Shown: piece by piece, positions 41,842 to 52,290 of the stretch
How positions within the stretch are numbered: the stretch's first letter is position 1
How the letters are laid out: each line of letters begins with the position of its first letter
NCBI GenBank assembly: GCA_963666345.1
Contig: OY762721.1
Span: 992,001-1,056,000 of the forward strand
Direction: 5' to 3'
Origin: Desulfatiglandales bacterium
GTDB lineage: Bacteria > Desulfobacterota > DSM-4660 > Desulfatiglandales > Desulfatiglandaceae
DNA length: 64,000 bases
Notes under the pieces: generated by a model
Told to the model about the DNA's origin: nothing
Databases searched by the model: none
The model's input: the letters and a program-made list of their open reading frames with translations, nothing else
Program-made: the position numbers and the translations under genes

Positions 41842-42987
41842 TTATTCCATTGATTCAACGACTATTTCAGTCAGATCCTTTACCGCAAGGTCGGTATTGG
41901 TCCTTTTGGCCCTTGTCTGCATCGTCCTTACACACTGCTGACACGCCGTGATAACGGTCTGGGCGCCGACCCCCTTGATGCTGTCAAGCTTCATCTGGGC
42001 GACCTGGGCCGAGATCTCCGGCGCGGTCATCTCCACATTTCCACCGCCGCCGCAGCAGACCGAAAGATTCCGGTTAAGGGGAAGTTCGGTGAAATCGATC
42101 CCGGGCACAGCCTTGATTACCTCGCGGGGTTCCTCAAAAACGCCGCTGTTCCGCCCCAGGTCACATGGGTCATGATATGTGACCTTTCCTTCGATCGGCT
42201 TTGTAAGCTTGATGCGGCCTTCCTTTATCAGTTCCGCAATAACCTGACTGGCATGCATAAGCTCGACATCGGTATTATAGAGATGTTTCCATGTGTGGTA
42301 GCAGGACGGGCATGTAAACACCACCTTTTTGGCGCCCACATCGGCGACCTTTTTCAGGTTGTGCTCTTTCATGGCCTCCAGTTTGTCAGGCATGCCCGCT
42401 CCGATCAGGGGAAACCCGCAGCACCATTCGTCTCCGCCCAGGATGGTGAAGTTCACGCCTGCCTTGGTGAGGATCTTGGCCATATTGGCGGGTATCTTCT
42501 GGACCATCGGGAAAAATGACGCGACACACCCGACAAAGAAAACTATATCGGCCTTTTCTTTTTCAAAGCTCTCTTCCGGCAGATCCTTTATCAGTTCCTG
42601 CCATTCAGCCCTGTCTTCCTGATCGTCGTCGGAGATATTGTGAGTTCCTTCAAGGGTCTTGACCAGCCTGTCGGCGATCTTGGGATAAAAACCCTCATCC
42701 ACCTGGCATTCCCGGTTCTGAAAAATGAGGTCCTTGGTCTGTACGCTTGAAAGGCACACTGCCGTACAGGCACCGCACCCCAGACAAGTGAATATGGCCC
42801 TTTCGGTATCATCGCTCAAGGGCAGTTTGTTTTCGATGGCGAATCGTACTATGGCATTTCGCCCCCTGGAAGAATAGGCTTCTTCTTTCATCACCAGATA
42901 GGTGGGGCAGCTCGGCAAGCAGAATCCGCATTTATTGCACTTTGCAACCTCGTCATATGACAACTTCTTTAATTGAACAAGATTCAT
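41842..42987 (-). CDS. GlcF-like Fe-S subunit (2x[4Fe-4S] + CCG domains)
   Basis: CNKCGFCLPSCPTY, CLGCGACTAVC, EWCCG, YHDPCDLGR, CCGGGG. Confidence 0.88.
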   Translation of the reverse strand: MNLVQLKKLSYDEVAKCNKCGFCLPSCPTYLVMKEEAYSSRGRNAIVRFAIENKLPLSDDTERAIFTCLGCGACTAVCLSSVQTKDLIFQNRECQVDEGFYPKIADRLVKTLEGTHNISDDDQEDRAEWQELIKDLPEESFEKEKADIVFFVGCVASFFPMVQKIPANMAKILTKAGVNFTILGGDEWCCGFPLIGAGMPDKLEAMKEHNLKKVADVGAKKVVFTCPSCYHTWKHLYNTDVELMHASQVIAELIKEGRIKLTKPIEGKVTYHDPCDLGRNSGVFEEPREVIKAVPGIDFTELPLNRNLSVCCGGGGNVEMTAPEISAQVAQMKLDSIKGVGAQTVITACQQCVRTMQTRAKRTNTDLAVKDLTEIVVESME

Positions 42988-43030
42988 AAGAGTTTACCTC
43001 TTCGCGTCTACTCTGATTATGGATAATTGA

Positions 43031-44500
43031 TTAAAGACCTCCGATATAGCGCCCCTTGGACATGATACCCGCAGGATCGATCTCCTCCTTGATCCTCTTC
43101 ATGGCAACAAAATCGGAACCCGGTTTCCCCCACACCTTGAGTTTGTTTTTCAGCTCAACCGGTGCGTTTTGAACTACCATATTGCCTTCAACGCTGAGAC
43201 ATTTTTCAAGGAGTTGATCAAGGGCCTTGACGCCCTTTTCAACGGCATCTGAATCGTCTTTTGCAAGGAGAAGGTTGATATGGGAAATCCCGTTACCGGA
43301 ATGGGCCTGAACGGAAAACTCAAGTCCACTCTTGTCTAAGGTATCCTTTGCAAATTCCAGGAGCCCCTTCCACTCGGATATGGGATAGTTGTATTTAACC
43401 CCGATAAGCCCGGGGGATTTTGTCTTAAGCGTAGAATTGATATCGCTTACCTTCAACCAGAAAACCCTGTGGTCATCCTCTGAAAAGACTGCGTCATCGT
43501 CCGAACCAATGGCCTTTCCCATCTCCAGGATCTCTTTTTTCATTCGCTCCACCGCAGGGGTGAAGGCCTCAAAGGCTGCGGCAAGCAGACATCCGCCTTT
43601 TGCCACCTTAGGCACATCCTGCATGCCCAGAGCTTCGCAAGCCGTATCGTTCATCACCTCGACTGCAGCCGGAAGCAGTGTGGTTTCAAATATCTTTTCC
43701 GCACATGCCGCCGCATCTGCAAAAGATCCGAAGGATATTGCCACTGTTTCCATCTTCTCCGGAAGAGGAAGCAGGCGCAGGGTTATCTCGGTTATAACGC
43801 CCAGGGAGCCGAAGCTACCCAGCATCAGCTTGGAGATGTCGTAGCCTGATACGTTTTTGACCGTCTTTCCCCCGCTTCCGATTATATCGCCCTGGGGAGT
43901 TACAAAACGCACCCCAAGAATCTGATCCCTGGGCAGGTTGTAAAGCAGCCTCCTGGGGCCTGTCGAATTGGCAGCGATAATTCCGCCGATGGTCGCCTTC
44001 TCCGCATAGAGAGGGTCGATCGGAAGAAAACAACCGCTGTGTGACCTGTCCGAACAGATGAACTCATCGGCCTCGGTTTCCAGGTCCTCAATTGGAAGGT
44101 AGCATCTGTCTTCCTGGGTGCCGAGCCGGGCCTGGATGTCCCGGAATTTTACTCCGGCCTCAACGGTTATCGTCAGATTTGCCACATCCACATCCAGCAT
44201 ATGGTTCATACGCTTGGTGCACAGCACCAGGTCAAGATTCTTCGGCGGATTTCCCATGCCCATCTTTGTACCGCTTCCCCATACGACCATGGAGATATCG
44301 TTTTTATGGGCACAGCGCATCACCTCGGAAACCTCTTTAGTGTTTGCGGGAAATACCACTGCCCTGGGAGTCAAATCATCAACAGAATATTTGGCAACGG
44401 CATCCGGTTCTGATTTTATTTGCTCCCGGCCTATTATGCCGGAGAGCTCGTTAATAATCTCTGTGAAGTTTGCCACGTGAAAACTCCTTGGTTTCGGCAT
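43031..44500 (-). CDS. GlcE-like FAD-binding oxidoreductase subunit
   Basis: ATIGGIIAAN..GPRRLLY, GGKTVKNVSGYDISKLMLGSFGSLG; lacks the GEHG motif. Confidence 0.85.
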   Translation of the reverse strand: MPKPRSFHVANFTEIINELSGIIGREQIKSEPDAVAKYSVDDLTPRAVVFPANTKEVSEVMRCAHKNDISMVVWGSGTKMGMGNPPKNLDLVLCTKRMNHMLDVDVANLTITVEAGVKFRDIQARLGTQEDRCYLPIEDLETEADEFICSDRSHSGCFLPIDPLYAEKATIGGIIAANSTGPRRLLYNLPRDQILGVRFVTPQGDIIGSGGKTVKNVSGYDISKLMLGSFGSLGVITEITLRLLPLPEKMETVAISFGSFADAAACAEKIFETTLLPAAVEVMNDTACEALGMQDVPKVAKGGCLLAAAFEAFTPAVERMKKEILEMGKAIGSDDDAVFSEDDHRVFWLKVSDINSTLKTKSPGLIGVKYNYPISEWKGLLEFAKDTLDKSGLEFSVQAHSGNGISHINLLLAKDDSDAVEKGVKALDQLLEKCLSVEGNMVVQNAPVELKNKLKVWGKPGSDFVAMKRIKEEIDPAGIMSKGRYIGGL

Positions 44501-44534
44501 TAATTGAATAGCCGTTTAAAGTGTTCTTATACAA

Positions 44535-45929
44535 TTATGCCCCCTGGCATGGTTGATCCGGAATCATCTTACCGGGGTTGATAAAATCATCAGGATCAAA
44601 GGCATTTTTGATTCTACGCTCGAATTCAAGATCGGTATTTGAAAAAATGAAGCATGTCTCACCGAGCTTTTCCAGACCCACGCCATGTTCGCCGCTGATA
44701 GTTCCCCCTGCGTCCGCACAGAGCTTAAGGATTTCCGTAGATGCCTTGCGAACCCGTCTCAACTCATCCTCATCCCTTTCATCAAACATTATGAGGGGAT
44801 GCAGGTTACCGTCACCTGCGTGGAAGACGTTTCCTATCGGCAGGTCATACTTTTCCCCTATCCCGATAACGCCGCTGAGCACCTCGGGTAATTTTGTTCT
44901 CGGGACCGTGCCGTCACAGCAAAGGTAGCTGGGACGGACCTGACCTACCGCGCCGAAAGCGCCCTTTCTGCCGGCCCAGAGGATCGCCCTTTCCGCTTCA
45001 TCCTTTGCGAGCTTGACCTCACGGACATTGTTCTTTTTGCAGACCTCCATTACCTTGGCCGCGTTCTCATCCATACCTTCCGGCATTCCGTCAAGTTCGA
45101 TAATCAGCACGGCCGCTGCGTCCAGGGGATAACCTACCTTGACGGTTTCCTCAACGGCACGCATCACCGTGTTATCCATCATCTCCAGTGTCGCTGGTAC
45201 TATACCTTCGCTGATTACGGCTGAAACGGTGTTTGCACCGTCTTCAATAGTCTCGTATATGCAGAGCATGGTCTTTACGGCCTCAGGCACCTTCTCCAGC
45301 TTGAGGATCATCTTTGTCACGAGTCCCAAAGTACCCTCACTGCCCACGATTATTCCGGTGAGATCATATCCCGCGTTGTCCCTCGCCTTGCCGCCCGTCT
45401 GGATAACTGTGCCGTCATTCAGCACTACTTCCAGACCCTGAATATGATTTGTAGTAGTCCCGTATTTTAGACAGTGAGGACCTCCGGAGTTCTCGCCCAC
45501 ATTACCGCCGAGTGTTGAAACCTTCTGACTGGCCGGGTCCGGCTGATAGACATAACCCAGCTTGAGCATCTCATTTTGAAGATCCAGGGTGATGATGCCC
45601 GGCTGCACAGTTACGGTACGGTTTTTTAGATCTACATCCAGGATATTGTTCATCCGGGAAAAATGCACGACGATTCCCCCCTCAATGGGTATCGTACCGC
45701 CTGTAAGGTTCGTTCCGGAACCCCTTCCCAGGATGGGAACCTTTTCCTTGTATGCCAGCGCCATGATCTTTGAGACTTCCTCGGTTGAATTGGGCAGTAC
45801 CACGACATCGGGCATACCCTTATCAAGAGAAGCATCATAGCTGTAAAGCATACGGTCCATCTCCGAAGTCAATACGAACTCGGGATCGACTATTTCCTTC
45901 AGGCTCTCAATAAGCTTTTCTATTTCCAT
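44535..45929 (-). CDS. glcD: GlcD-like FAD-linked 2-hydroxyacid dehydrogenase subunit
   Basis: RGSGTNLTGG, PDPASQKVSTLGGNVGENSGGPHCLKYG, NVFHAGDGNLHP, ISGEHGVG. Confidence 0.88.
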   Translation of the reverse strand: MEIEKLIESLKEIVDPEFVLTSEMDRMLYSYDASLDKGMPDVVVLPNSTEEVSKIMALAYKEKVPILGRGSGTNLTGGTIPIEGGIVVHFSRMNNILDVDLKNRTVTVQPGIITLDLQNEMLKLGYVYQPDPASQKVSTLGGNVGENSGGPHCLKYGTTTNHIQGLEVVLNDGTVIQTGGKARDNAGYDLTGIIVGSEGTLGLVTKMILKLEKVPEAVKTMLCIYETIEDGANTVSAVISEGIVPATLEMMDNTVMRAVEETVKVGYPLDAAAVLIIELDGMPEGMDENAAKVMEVCKKNNVREVKLAKDEAERAILWAGRKGAFGAVGQVRPSYLCCDGTVPRTKLPEVLSGVIGIGEKYDLPIGNVFHAGDGNLHPLIMFDERDEDELRRVRKASTEILKLCADAGGTISGEHGVGLEKLGETCFIFSNTDLEFERRIKNAFDPDDFINPGKMIPDQPCQGA

Positions 45930-46051
45930 AAATCAATCCTCTTCAGAATAGAGTAAAAGGAGGCACCGGAATTTTCGGATTCCTGCGCCTCCTCAAGAAG
46001 TTCATTTACCCCTTTGAATCACAAAGGGTTTTTTTCATCTAAAGTATCTGC

Positions 46052-46951
46052 CTATTTTCCGATCTTGGCCTCGGCAGCCTTGATTTCTTCCATGGTCCTG
46101 AGGATCTGCAGTGCATTTTCATACACGGGTGTGTCAACCATTTTGCCCTTATAGGCCACGGCTGCGGCACCCTTTGCAATGCCTTCTTCCTCAAATACCT
46201 TCTTTACGCCCTCAGCCCATTCCACATCGTCTGGTGAAGGTGTGTAAAGTTCGTGTGAAGGCTCGATCTGACCCGGGTGGATAAGCATGCGGCCTTCATA
46301 ACCCATCTGGCAGCCGTCATTGGTGCTCTTGATAAAGGCGTCCTTGTCGGTGAAATTGACAAAGGGACAGTCTATTGCGACGCATCCCGCGGCACGCGCA
46401 GCAACGGGCACGCGATAGCGGCCGTAGAGCTGCTCTACCGCTTCGTCGGTCAGGGTTACGCGCATGTCCTTGCAGTAATCAACGGCGCCGAAGATAAGGG
46501 AGTTACAGCGCGGGCTTGCGCTTGCACACTCGTAGGCGTGAACCATACCCAGGGCGGTTTCGATGAGCATCTGGATCTTCACCGTACCCACTTTCATCCC
46601 CCTTCTCTGCTCCAGTTCTTCCAGTTTCCAGTCCAGACGCTGCACATGCTCGGGCAGACCTGTCTTGGCAAGGCATACGCCGTCCAGTCCGGGATATACT
46701 ATCGCCTCGAGGTCGTCGTTGGTCATAAGGGTTTCCCAGTTGTTGATCCTTACATAAAGATTGGGAGCCGCCTGGTCCGCCCTGCTGGTCTTGAGGTATT
46801 CCCGGATCATCTCCCTGCCTTTGGCTTTTTCAGCGGGGGGAACCGAGTCTTCAAGGTCGAGAGTCAAAACATCACAGGCGATGCTCGGCGCCTTGCCGAC
46901 CATCTTCTCATTGTTGCTTGGTACGTAAAAAACGGATCTCATAACAGTCAT
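46052..46951 (-). CDS. CitE/malyl-CoA lyase family CoA-ester lyase
   Basis: MRSVFYVP, LDLEDSV, VRIN, LIETALG, FGAVDY, IHPGQI, GKMVD. Confidence 0.9.
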   Translation of the reverse strand: MTVMRSVFYVPSNNEKMVGKAPSIACDVLTLDLEDSVPPAEKAKGREMIREYLKTSRADQAAPNLYVRINNWETLMTNDDLEAIVYPGLDGVCLAKTGLPEHVQRLDWKLEELEQRRGMKVGTVKIQMLIETALGMVHAYECASASPRCNSLIFGAVDYCKDMRVTLTDEAVEQLYGRYRVPVAARAAGCVAIDCPFVNFTDKDAFIKSTNDGCQMGYEGRMLIHPGQIEPSHELYTPSPDDVEWAEGVKKVFEEEGIAKGAAAVAYKGKMVDTPVYENALQILRTMEEIKAAEAKIGK

Positions 46952-46963
46952 GGTAAATCCTCC

Positions 46964-47860
46964 TTACATGTTAAGTAATTTTTTGATGGTTGGTGCTATT
47001 TCTTCCGGGCTGTCGACAACGCTTACTCCGGCATCATTAAAGGCTGCGATCTTGCTCTTTGCAGACCCTTTTCCCCTCTCCACGATGCTGCTCGCATGGG
47101 AAAATCTCATGCCCTCAGGCGCCCACGCGCCTGCAATAAATGCCACCAAAGGTTTGGTGTATTCGCCCTTTGCTACTGTTTCCGCGGCTTCTTCTTCAAG
47201 AGTACCACCGATCTCTCCGAATATTGCAACCGCCTTTGTCTGTTCATCCTTTTCATACTCTTTCAGGACATCTGCCATTGACAGACCCAGGACCGGTTCG
47301 GTTCCGATATGCATGGCCGTGCTTATTCCAAGGCCCGCGACCTTCAGTGCCCAGGGAACAGTTCCCGACTGACCGCCACTTCTGGAAATGACGCCTATCG
47401 GACCCGGCTCGAAAAGCATATTAGCCCAGTCGGCACTTCCTCCAAGCCATCCCATTGCGGCCTTTCCTGGGCTTATAAGGCCGAGGCTTCCTGGCCCAAG
47501 CAGTTTAACTCCGTTTTTAAGGGCGTAGTTTACCATATCCATAACATCCTGAACCGGGATTCTTTCCACAGGGGACCCGATAAACTTTACCCCCGCATCT
47601 ACGGCCTCATATACCGCGGTCTTGAGACCGGGGCCGGGAATAAAGGTCACGCTGGCATCGACCTCGCCGACGTGTCTGATCGCTTCCTTCATGGAGTCGA
47701 ACACCGGGATGCCAAGGACCTCCTGACCTCCCCGGCCAGGGGTTACGCCTGCCACGACCTTGGTCCCATATCCTTTCATAAAGGCAGTACGGAGGGAGCC
47801 TTCCCTGCCTGTCATGCCCTGGACAATTACTCTGGTATTTTCATCTAACAGTATCGACAT
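46964..47860 (-). CDS. acyl-CoA ligase (ADP-forming) alpha subunit, SucD/MtkB-like
   Basis: VQGMTGREG, GVTPGRGG, ISRSGG, FGEIGG, RFSHA (phospho-His); divergent from canonical SucD (GPGSLG for GPNCPG). Confidence 0.85.
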   Translation of the reverse strand: MSILLDENTRVIVQGMTGREGSLRTAFMKGYGTKVVAGVTPGRGGQEVLGIPVFDSMKEAIRHVGEVDASVTFIPGPGLKTAVYEAVDAGVKFIGSPVERIPVQDVMDMVNYALKNGVKLLGPGSLGLISPGKAAMGWLGGSADWANMLFEPGPIGVISRSGGQSGTVPWALKVAGLGISTAMHIGTEPVLGLSMADVLKEYEKDEQTKAVAIFGEIGGTLEEEAAETVAKGEYTKPLVAFIAGAWAPEGMRFSHASSIVERGKGSAKSKIAAFNDAGVSVVDSPEEIAPTIKKLLNM

Positions 47861-47871
47861 ATTATCCCCCG

Positions 47872-48156
47872 TTATTCTGTTCCGTGCTTTTTCCTGTATT
47901 CAGCCAAGCCCTCAATGGGCACCTCTATGGTGATTGCCGAATTACCCCTGAACCAGCACTCATATTCACAGGCAAAGCATTCCGTGCCCTTCCTTGCAAG
48001 TTCGCTTTCGCTCAGCTCAACCGTAGGCTTTCCATCCTTCAGCACGAGAATCCCGCGGCTGTATGTCTTGCACGCCTCTATACAGGCATGGGTAGTACAG
48101 CCTTCGCATTTATCTTCATCGATTATAACTTTTATCGTTCTTTCGTTGAATTCCAT
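47872..48156 (-). CDS. small ferredoxin-like protein
   Basis: CEGCTTHACIEAC and CFACEYEC; tightly spaced between the ligase subunits, with RBS. Confidence 0.8.
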   Translation of the reverse strand: MEFNERTIKVIIDEDKCEGCTTHACIEACKTYSRGILVLKDGKPTVELSESELARKGTECFACEYECWFRGNSAITIEVPIEGLAEYRKKHGTE

Positions 48157-48170
48157 AAGAATCCTCCCCT

Positions 48171-49427
48171 TTATGCTACTCCTCGTTCTTTTCTATACTC
48201 CTCTACGAGCGCTTTCATCCTGCCTCCGATAAAAGATGCGTCATAGACATGCTCTCTGTCATAAATCTCTATGCGGCTACCGAAACCAGCGAGACCTTCC
48301 TTGAGGATCTCCTGAGACTCTTTCTCTTTGTTGCCGCAGAGGAGGATTACCACGGGAAATCCCGGTTTCTTAGGTAATTCCTCACGAAGTGCCTTGACAA
48401 GACCGTGGGCGTGATGCCACTGCTCCTGATTGGCCATCATGAAACCTGCGAGGATATAGCCTTCTATTCCGGGCTGCGAAAGGATAAGCTTGACAACGCG
48501 GTATACCTTCGATGCCGTGGGGTTACCGCTTGTATCGGCAAAGTCGGCGACCTTGAGTCCCACCCTGTTCATTGCGTCCATGCCGAGCATGGCGGCACCG
48601 CCACCGATTCCGTGGAATCCGACATAACCGCCCTTGCTTACTTCTTCGGGGGAGGCCATCTCAGCCACATAACTTGTACCGCGAAAATCCGTTTCCTCGA
48701 AAGACCATCCCATGAGGTCGAAATCGGTAGGTTCCTTCAGGAATTCACGTCCGATCTTGATACCCAGTTCAGGATGCCTGAACAGGGCCTGATCGTCAAC
48801 CGCCATACGGCAGTCCGCAGCCAGCACCCGGCCGTCTTCAGTCAGCACCAGCGGGTTTATCTCCAGTGAGCGACAGTCATATTCCTGGAACATCTTAAAG
48901 AGTTTGAATACGACATCCGAGAACTGGCGGATAAGCTTGCCCTTGACTCCCATGGAAAGGACCATGTCGATCGTGTCATAGGGCATAAGGCCCTTGATAA
49001 CGTCCACATTCAGGAGGGCCATCTTGTCTTCGGATACCGATTCGATTTCCACACCCCCTTCAGGGCTGAACATGATAACCGGAGCCCTGACATCCTGGGC
49101 GGAGTTGATGATCACACCGGCGTAAAACTCCTGCTTGATGGCCAGCTTTTCTTCAACAAGCACCATCTTTACCTCCAGCCCGCGGTGCACCTTTCCGATA
49201 ATGGATTCCGCCGCCTGAGCCGCTTCTTCGGGAGTATCGGCAAATTTGACGAAACCGCCTTTACCTCTTCCTCCCGCCCATACCTGGGCCTTTACCACGA
49301 CAGGTTTGCCGATCTTCTCGGCGGCCTGCTTAGCTTCTTCGGGTGACTTTGCCACAATTCCTTCAGGGATAGGAATACCGGACTTTTTGAAAAGCTCTTT
49401 TCCCTGATATTCGTAAAATTTTGCCAT
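48171..49427 (-). CDS. acyl-CoA ligase (ADP-forming) beta subunit, SucC/MtkA-like ATP-grasp
   Basis: EYQGKELF, VVKAQVWAGGRGKGG, EGGVEIE, LEINPL; GGGAAMLGMD/ADFADTSG replace SucC NGAGLAMATMD/ANFLDVGG. Confidence 0.87.
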   Translation of the reverse strand: MAKFYEYQGKELFKKSGIPIPEGIVAKSPEEAKQAAEKIGKPVVVKAQVWAGGRGKGGFVKFADTPEEAAQAAESIIGKVHRGLEVKMVLVEEKLAIKQEFYAGVIINSAQDVRAPVIMFSPEGGVEIESVSEDKMALLNVDVIKGLMPYDTIDMVLSMGVKGKLIRQFSDVVFKLFKMFQEYDCRSLEINPLVLTEDGRVLAADCRMAVDDQALFRHPELGIKIGREFLKEPTDFDLMGWSFEETDFRGTSYVAEMASPEEVSKGGYVGFHGIGGGAAMLGMDAMNRVGLKVADFADTSGNPTASKVYRVVKLILSQPGIEGYILAGFMMANQEQWHHAHGLVKALREELPKKPGFPVVILLCGNKEKESQEILKEGLAGFGSRIEIYDREHVYDASFIGGRMKALVEEYRKERGVA

Positions 49428-49482
49428 TTTGCCTCCCTTAACTAAAATAATCGTGTTATTTGTTTACCATTGAAGATGTTTC

Positions 49483-49500
49483 ATGGTAATACCATTTGAC
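49483..49500 (-). promoter_or_regulatory. FadR-type operator
   Basis: Minus strand GTCAAATGGTATTACCAT; palindromic core ATGGT-N3-ACCAT; repeated at 55736 and 55865. Confidence 0.7.
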
Positions 49501-49659
49501 GTTTTATGATTAGCAATAAATATTAAAGGGTGTCAAGCACTTTCTTCCAAACATATAAGGGGTTTCAAATAATAAAAAACGGATAGAACAAGGCCTTGAT
49601 TTCGGAAATAAATGTTTTATAGGCCGATCAGGGTGATGGCCCGTGGTTATATTTTTTAG

Positions 49660-49794
49660 GCAAGTAGCATGCCAAAAGTGTAAATTATTTTATAGTTTTC
49701 CAACCTATTGATATAACAGGACTATATCTAATGAAAGGCCTCACCTGAGTCACAGGATCAGGATTATTTGTCAACTTTATTTACATATTGTAAA
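49660..49794 (-). promoter_or_regulatory. sigma54 promoter + IHF site + upstream element for the ligase-lyase-glc operon
   Basis: TGGCATGCTACTTGC (49660-49674), TATCAATAGGTTG (49701-49713), tgtcaactttatttacatattgtaaa (49769-49794). Confidence 0.75.
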
Positions 49795-50068
49795 AATATT
49801 GGCCAGACTCTTGCCAAACATGAGGGTCAAAAAAAATTATAAACGATAACCGCCTTTTTCTTTTGCAATAAAAGAAGAAATTTTAGTAGAATATTCTATT
49901 ATTAACTTACGCTTAAAGATCGACTCCCTTTTATATCGCCCTCGTCCAGGTATCAGCTATTTTCTTCATTAATTTAGGTGCGGCAGAGATTGAAGAAGCC
50001 TTTTTTAATTGACAATGGACAAGCGACCCTGCTAGTAGAACTTCTTAAACACGAGGTATAATGGTAAT

Positions 50069-50860
50069 ATGGTCAGTCCACTATTTAAACCGATTAAACA
50101 GGAAAAGCTATCCGCAAAGATAGCTAATCAGATCAAAAAACTTATCGTTGACGGCAAGCTGAAGCCGGGAGACCCTCTTCCACCTGAAAGAAAACTGATC
50201 AGTCTTCTGAATGTGAGCCGGCCTTCCCTGCGAGAGGCGCTCAAATCACTTGTCGGCATGGGATTTCTGGAAGTAACCCAGGGCAACCGCACGATTGTCA
50301 AATCACTTGCATCGGGACGGATACTCGAGCCGCTCGATTACCTGCTCAAGGATGATATACAAACGGCCTTTGAGATTATTGAAGTACGCAAGGCCATTGA
50401 GGCATGGAACGCCTTTTACGCGGCGAGAAGGGCCTCGAATCATGACATTGCAAGGCTTGAAGAGAATATTTCTTCAATGAAAGAGCTGATGCAGGATAAA
50501 GATTTTACACTTGGAAAGGTGGATGCAGACTTTCATCTGTCCATCAGCGAGGCGACCCATAATAAGATTCAGACCCATATAATGTTTACCATCTACGATA
50601 CCCTGAAGACATTCATCGGAAAATATTACGGCAACATCGATTTCACCGATATCTATGAACAGCACTGTAATGTATTCCATGCCATAAGGGACAAAAATCC
50701 GGATAGGGCCAGAATGGCGATACTGGAACATCTCAATTATGTTGAATCCCGCATAAAGGACGCGGTCCGGTTTAGTGATAATGAGAAAGGCAGGGAACAG
50801 GAAGAGGCGGATAATCCGAACGGCAAAGGTGTTGAAGGGCTGTTCACCCCTGAACACTGA
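50069..50860 (+). CDS. FadR/GntR family regulator (GlcC/LldR-like)
   Basis: LKPGDPLPPERKL, VSRPSLREAL, DADFHLSI..ATHN FCD domain. Confidence 0.92.
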   Translation: MVSPLFKPIKQEKLSAKIANQIKKLIVDGKLKPGDPLPPERKLISLLNVSRPSLREALKSLVGMGFLEVTQGNRTIVKSLASGRILEPLDYLLKDDIQTAFEIIEVRKAIEAWNAFYAARRASNHDIARLEENISSMKELMQDKDFTLGKVDADFHLSISEATHNKIQTHIMFTIYDTLKTFIGKYYGNIDFTDIYEQHCNVFHAIRDKNPDRARMAILEHLNYVESRIKDAVRFSDNEKGREQEEADNPNGKGVEGLFTPEH

Positions 50861-50976
50861 TAGACTCGCATTTTTAATATGCCGTAACTCCGTAGCACTC
50901 TTCGTCTTAGGAAAAACGACCTGATAATTCAAAAAATCTAATTTTTAGATGAAATTCAAATGAAAGGAGAAATAAG

Positions 50977-51915
50977 ATGAAAAAGAAGGCAGCCGTTATC
51001 GGAGCGGGTAATGTGGGAGCCACTGCTGCAATGCGTTTGGCTGAAAAAGAACTGGCCGACGTCGCTATCATAGATATACTGGAGGGGGTACCGGCCGGAA
51101 AGGCCCTCGACATGATGGAAGCGGCCCCTATTGAGAAACACGATTCCAAGGTAATAGGGTCAACAGCTGATTACAGCCCCGCAAAGGATTCAGACGTCGT
51201 AATAATTACCGCCGGAATTCCCAGAAAACCTGGTATGAGCCGGGACGATCTTCTGGCCACCAACATGGGAATAATGGAGACGGTTACAAAGGAGGTTGCG
51301 GCAGTTGCACCTGATTCCATCATTATTATTGTAAGCAATCCATTGGATGCCATGTGCCATGTTGCATATGAGGCCAGCGGATTCCCTAAAAACCGCATAC
51401 TCGGCATGGCCGGAGTACTTGATTCGGCAAGGTTTCGCGCCTTTATCTCAATGGAACTGGATGTATCTGTTGAAAATACCCACGCGTTCGTGCTTGGCGG
51501 TCATGGAGATACCATGGTTCCGCTTCCCCGCTATTCGACCGTAGCGGGGATTCCCATAACCGAGCTTATGTCACAGGAAAGGATTGACGTCCTGGTAGAC
51601 AGGACAAGAAACGGCGGTGCGGAAATTGTCGGCCTTCTCAAGACCGGAAGCGCCTTCTATGCACCATCCTCCGGCGCGGTAGCCATGGCCGAGGCGATAC
51701 TGAAGGACCAGAAGAAGATCCTTCCTTGCGCGGCAATGCTCTCAGGTGAATATGGCATCAATGACCTGTTCATCGGAGTTCCCGTTAAGCTGGGAGAAAA
51801 CGGCGCTGAAGAAATAATTGAAATCAACCTTACCGAAGAGGAGAAAAAGGGCCTTGATCACTCTGCTGACGCGGTAAGGGGTCTTGTTGAAGACATGAAG
51901 AGACTCAAGGGATAA
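50977..51915 (+). CDS. mdh: malate dehydrogenase (LDH-like)
   Basis: [51 protein letters not shown]. Confidence 0.96.
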   Translation: MKKKAAVIGAGNVGATAAMRLAEKELADVAIIDILEGVPAGKALDMMEAAPIEKHDSKVIGSTADYSPAKDSDVVIITAGIPRKPGMSRDDLLATNMGIMETVTKEVAAVAPDSIIIIVSNPLDAMCHVAYEASGFPKNRILGMAGVLDSARFRAFISMELDVSVENTHAFVLGGHGDTMVPLPRYSTVAGIPITELMSQERIDVLVDRTRNGGAEIVGLLKTGSAFYAPSSGAVAMAEAILKDQKKILPCAAMLSGEYGINDLFIGVPVKLGENGAEEIIEINLTEEEKKGLDHSADAVRGLVEDMKRLKG

Positions 51916-51945
51916 AAGGCGTATATTCCCCCTTTAACTCTCACA

Positions 51946-51980
51946 CCCCCGGCGATTATTTCGCCGGGGGTTTTTTATTT
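51946..51980 (+). terminator. Rho-independent terminator after mdh
   Basis: cccccggcga-ttatt-tcgccggggg followed by tttttt. Confidence 0.85.
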
Positions 51981-52062
51981 TAAAAGGACCCAAGTGTTCA
52001 ATCGAATGACAGCAGACCAAAGAAAGACCCTGCCCGTTCATACACCCTCTGATTGCTAACTC

Positions 52063-52127
52063 GTGTTCATCCATAAATCAAGATTTATGCACTCATGCTA
52101 TCAGCTCTCAGCTGTCAGTAAAACATT
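52063..52127. repeat. short palindromic element, copy 2
   Basis: gtgttcatccataaatcaagatttatgcactcatgctatcagctctcagctgtcagtaaaacatt, matching 32614-32685. Confidence 0.65.
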
Positions 52128-52228
52128 ATATATGCGGCCACTTTTCCGTTAAAACCAGAGAAGGCAGGAGAGGGTAGAGTACCTATCTTCAAATGACCCG
52201 GGTCAGGACCGTGATGACTGAGAACGGC

Positions 52229-52269
52229 AAAAAAAAGGCCGGTCCCCTTTTCCAAGGACACCGGCCTTT
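52229..52269 (-). terminator. Rho-independent terminator after oadB
   Basis: aaaggccggt...accggccttt stem with T-run on the minus strand. Confidence 0.75.
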
Positions 52270-52290
52270 CACCAATCAATCGTCAATATA

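Noticed and set aside
46964..49427. Calling the ligase sucCD
   Set aside because: Signature motifs diverge and the context (lyase, glcDEF, ferredoxin) argues for another substrate.
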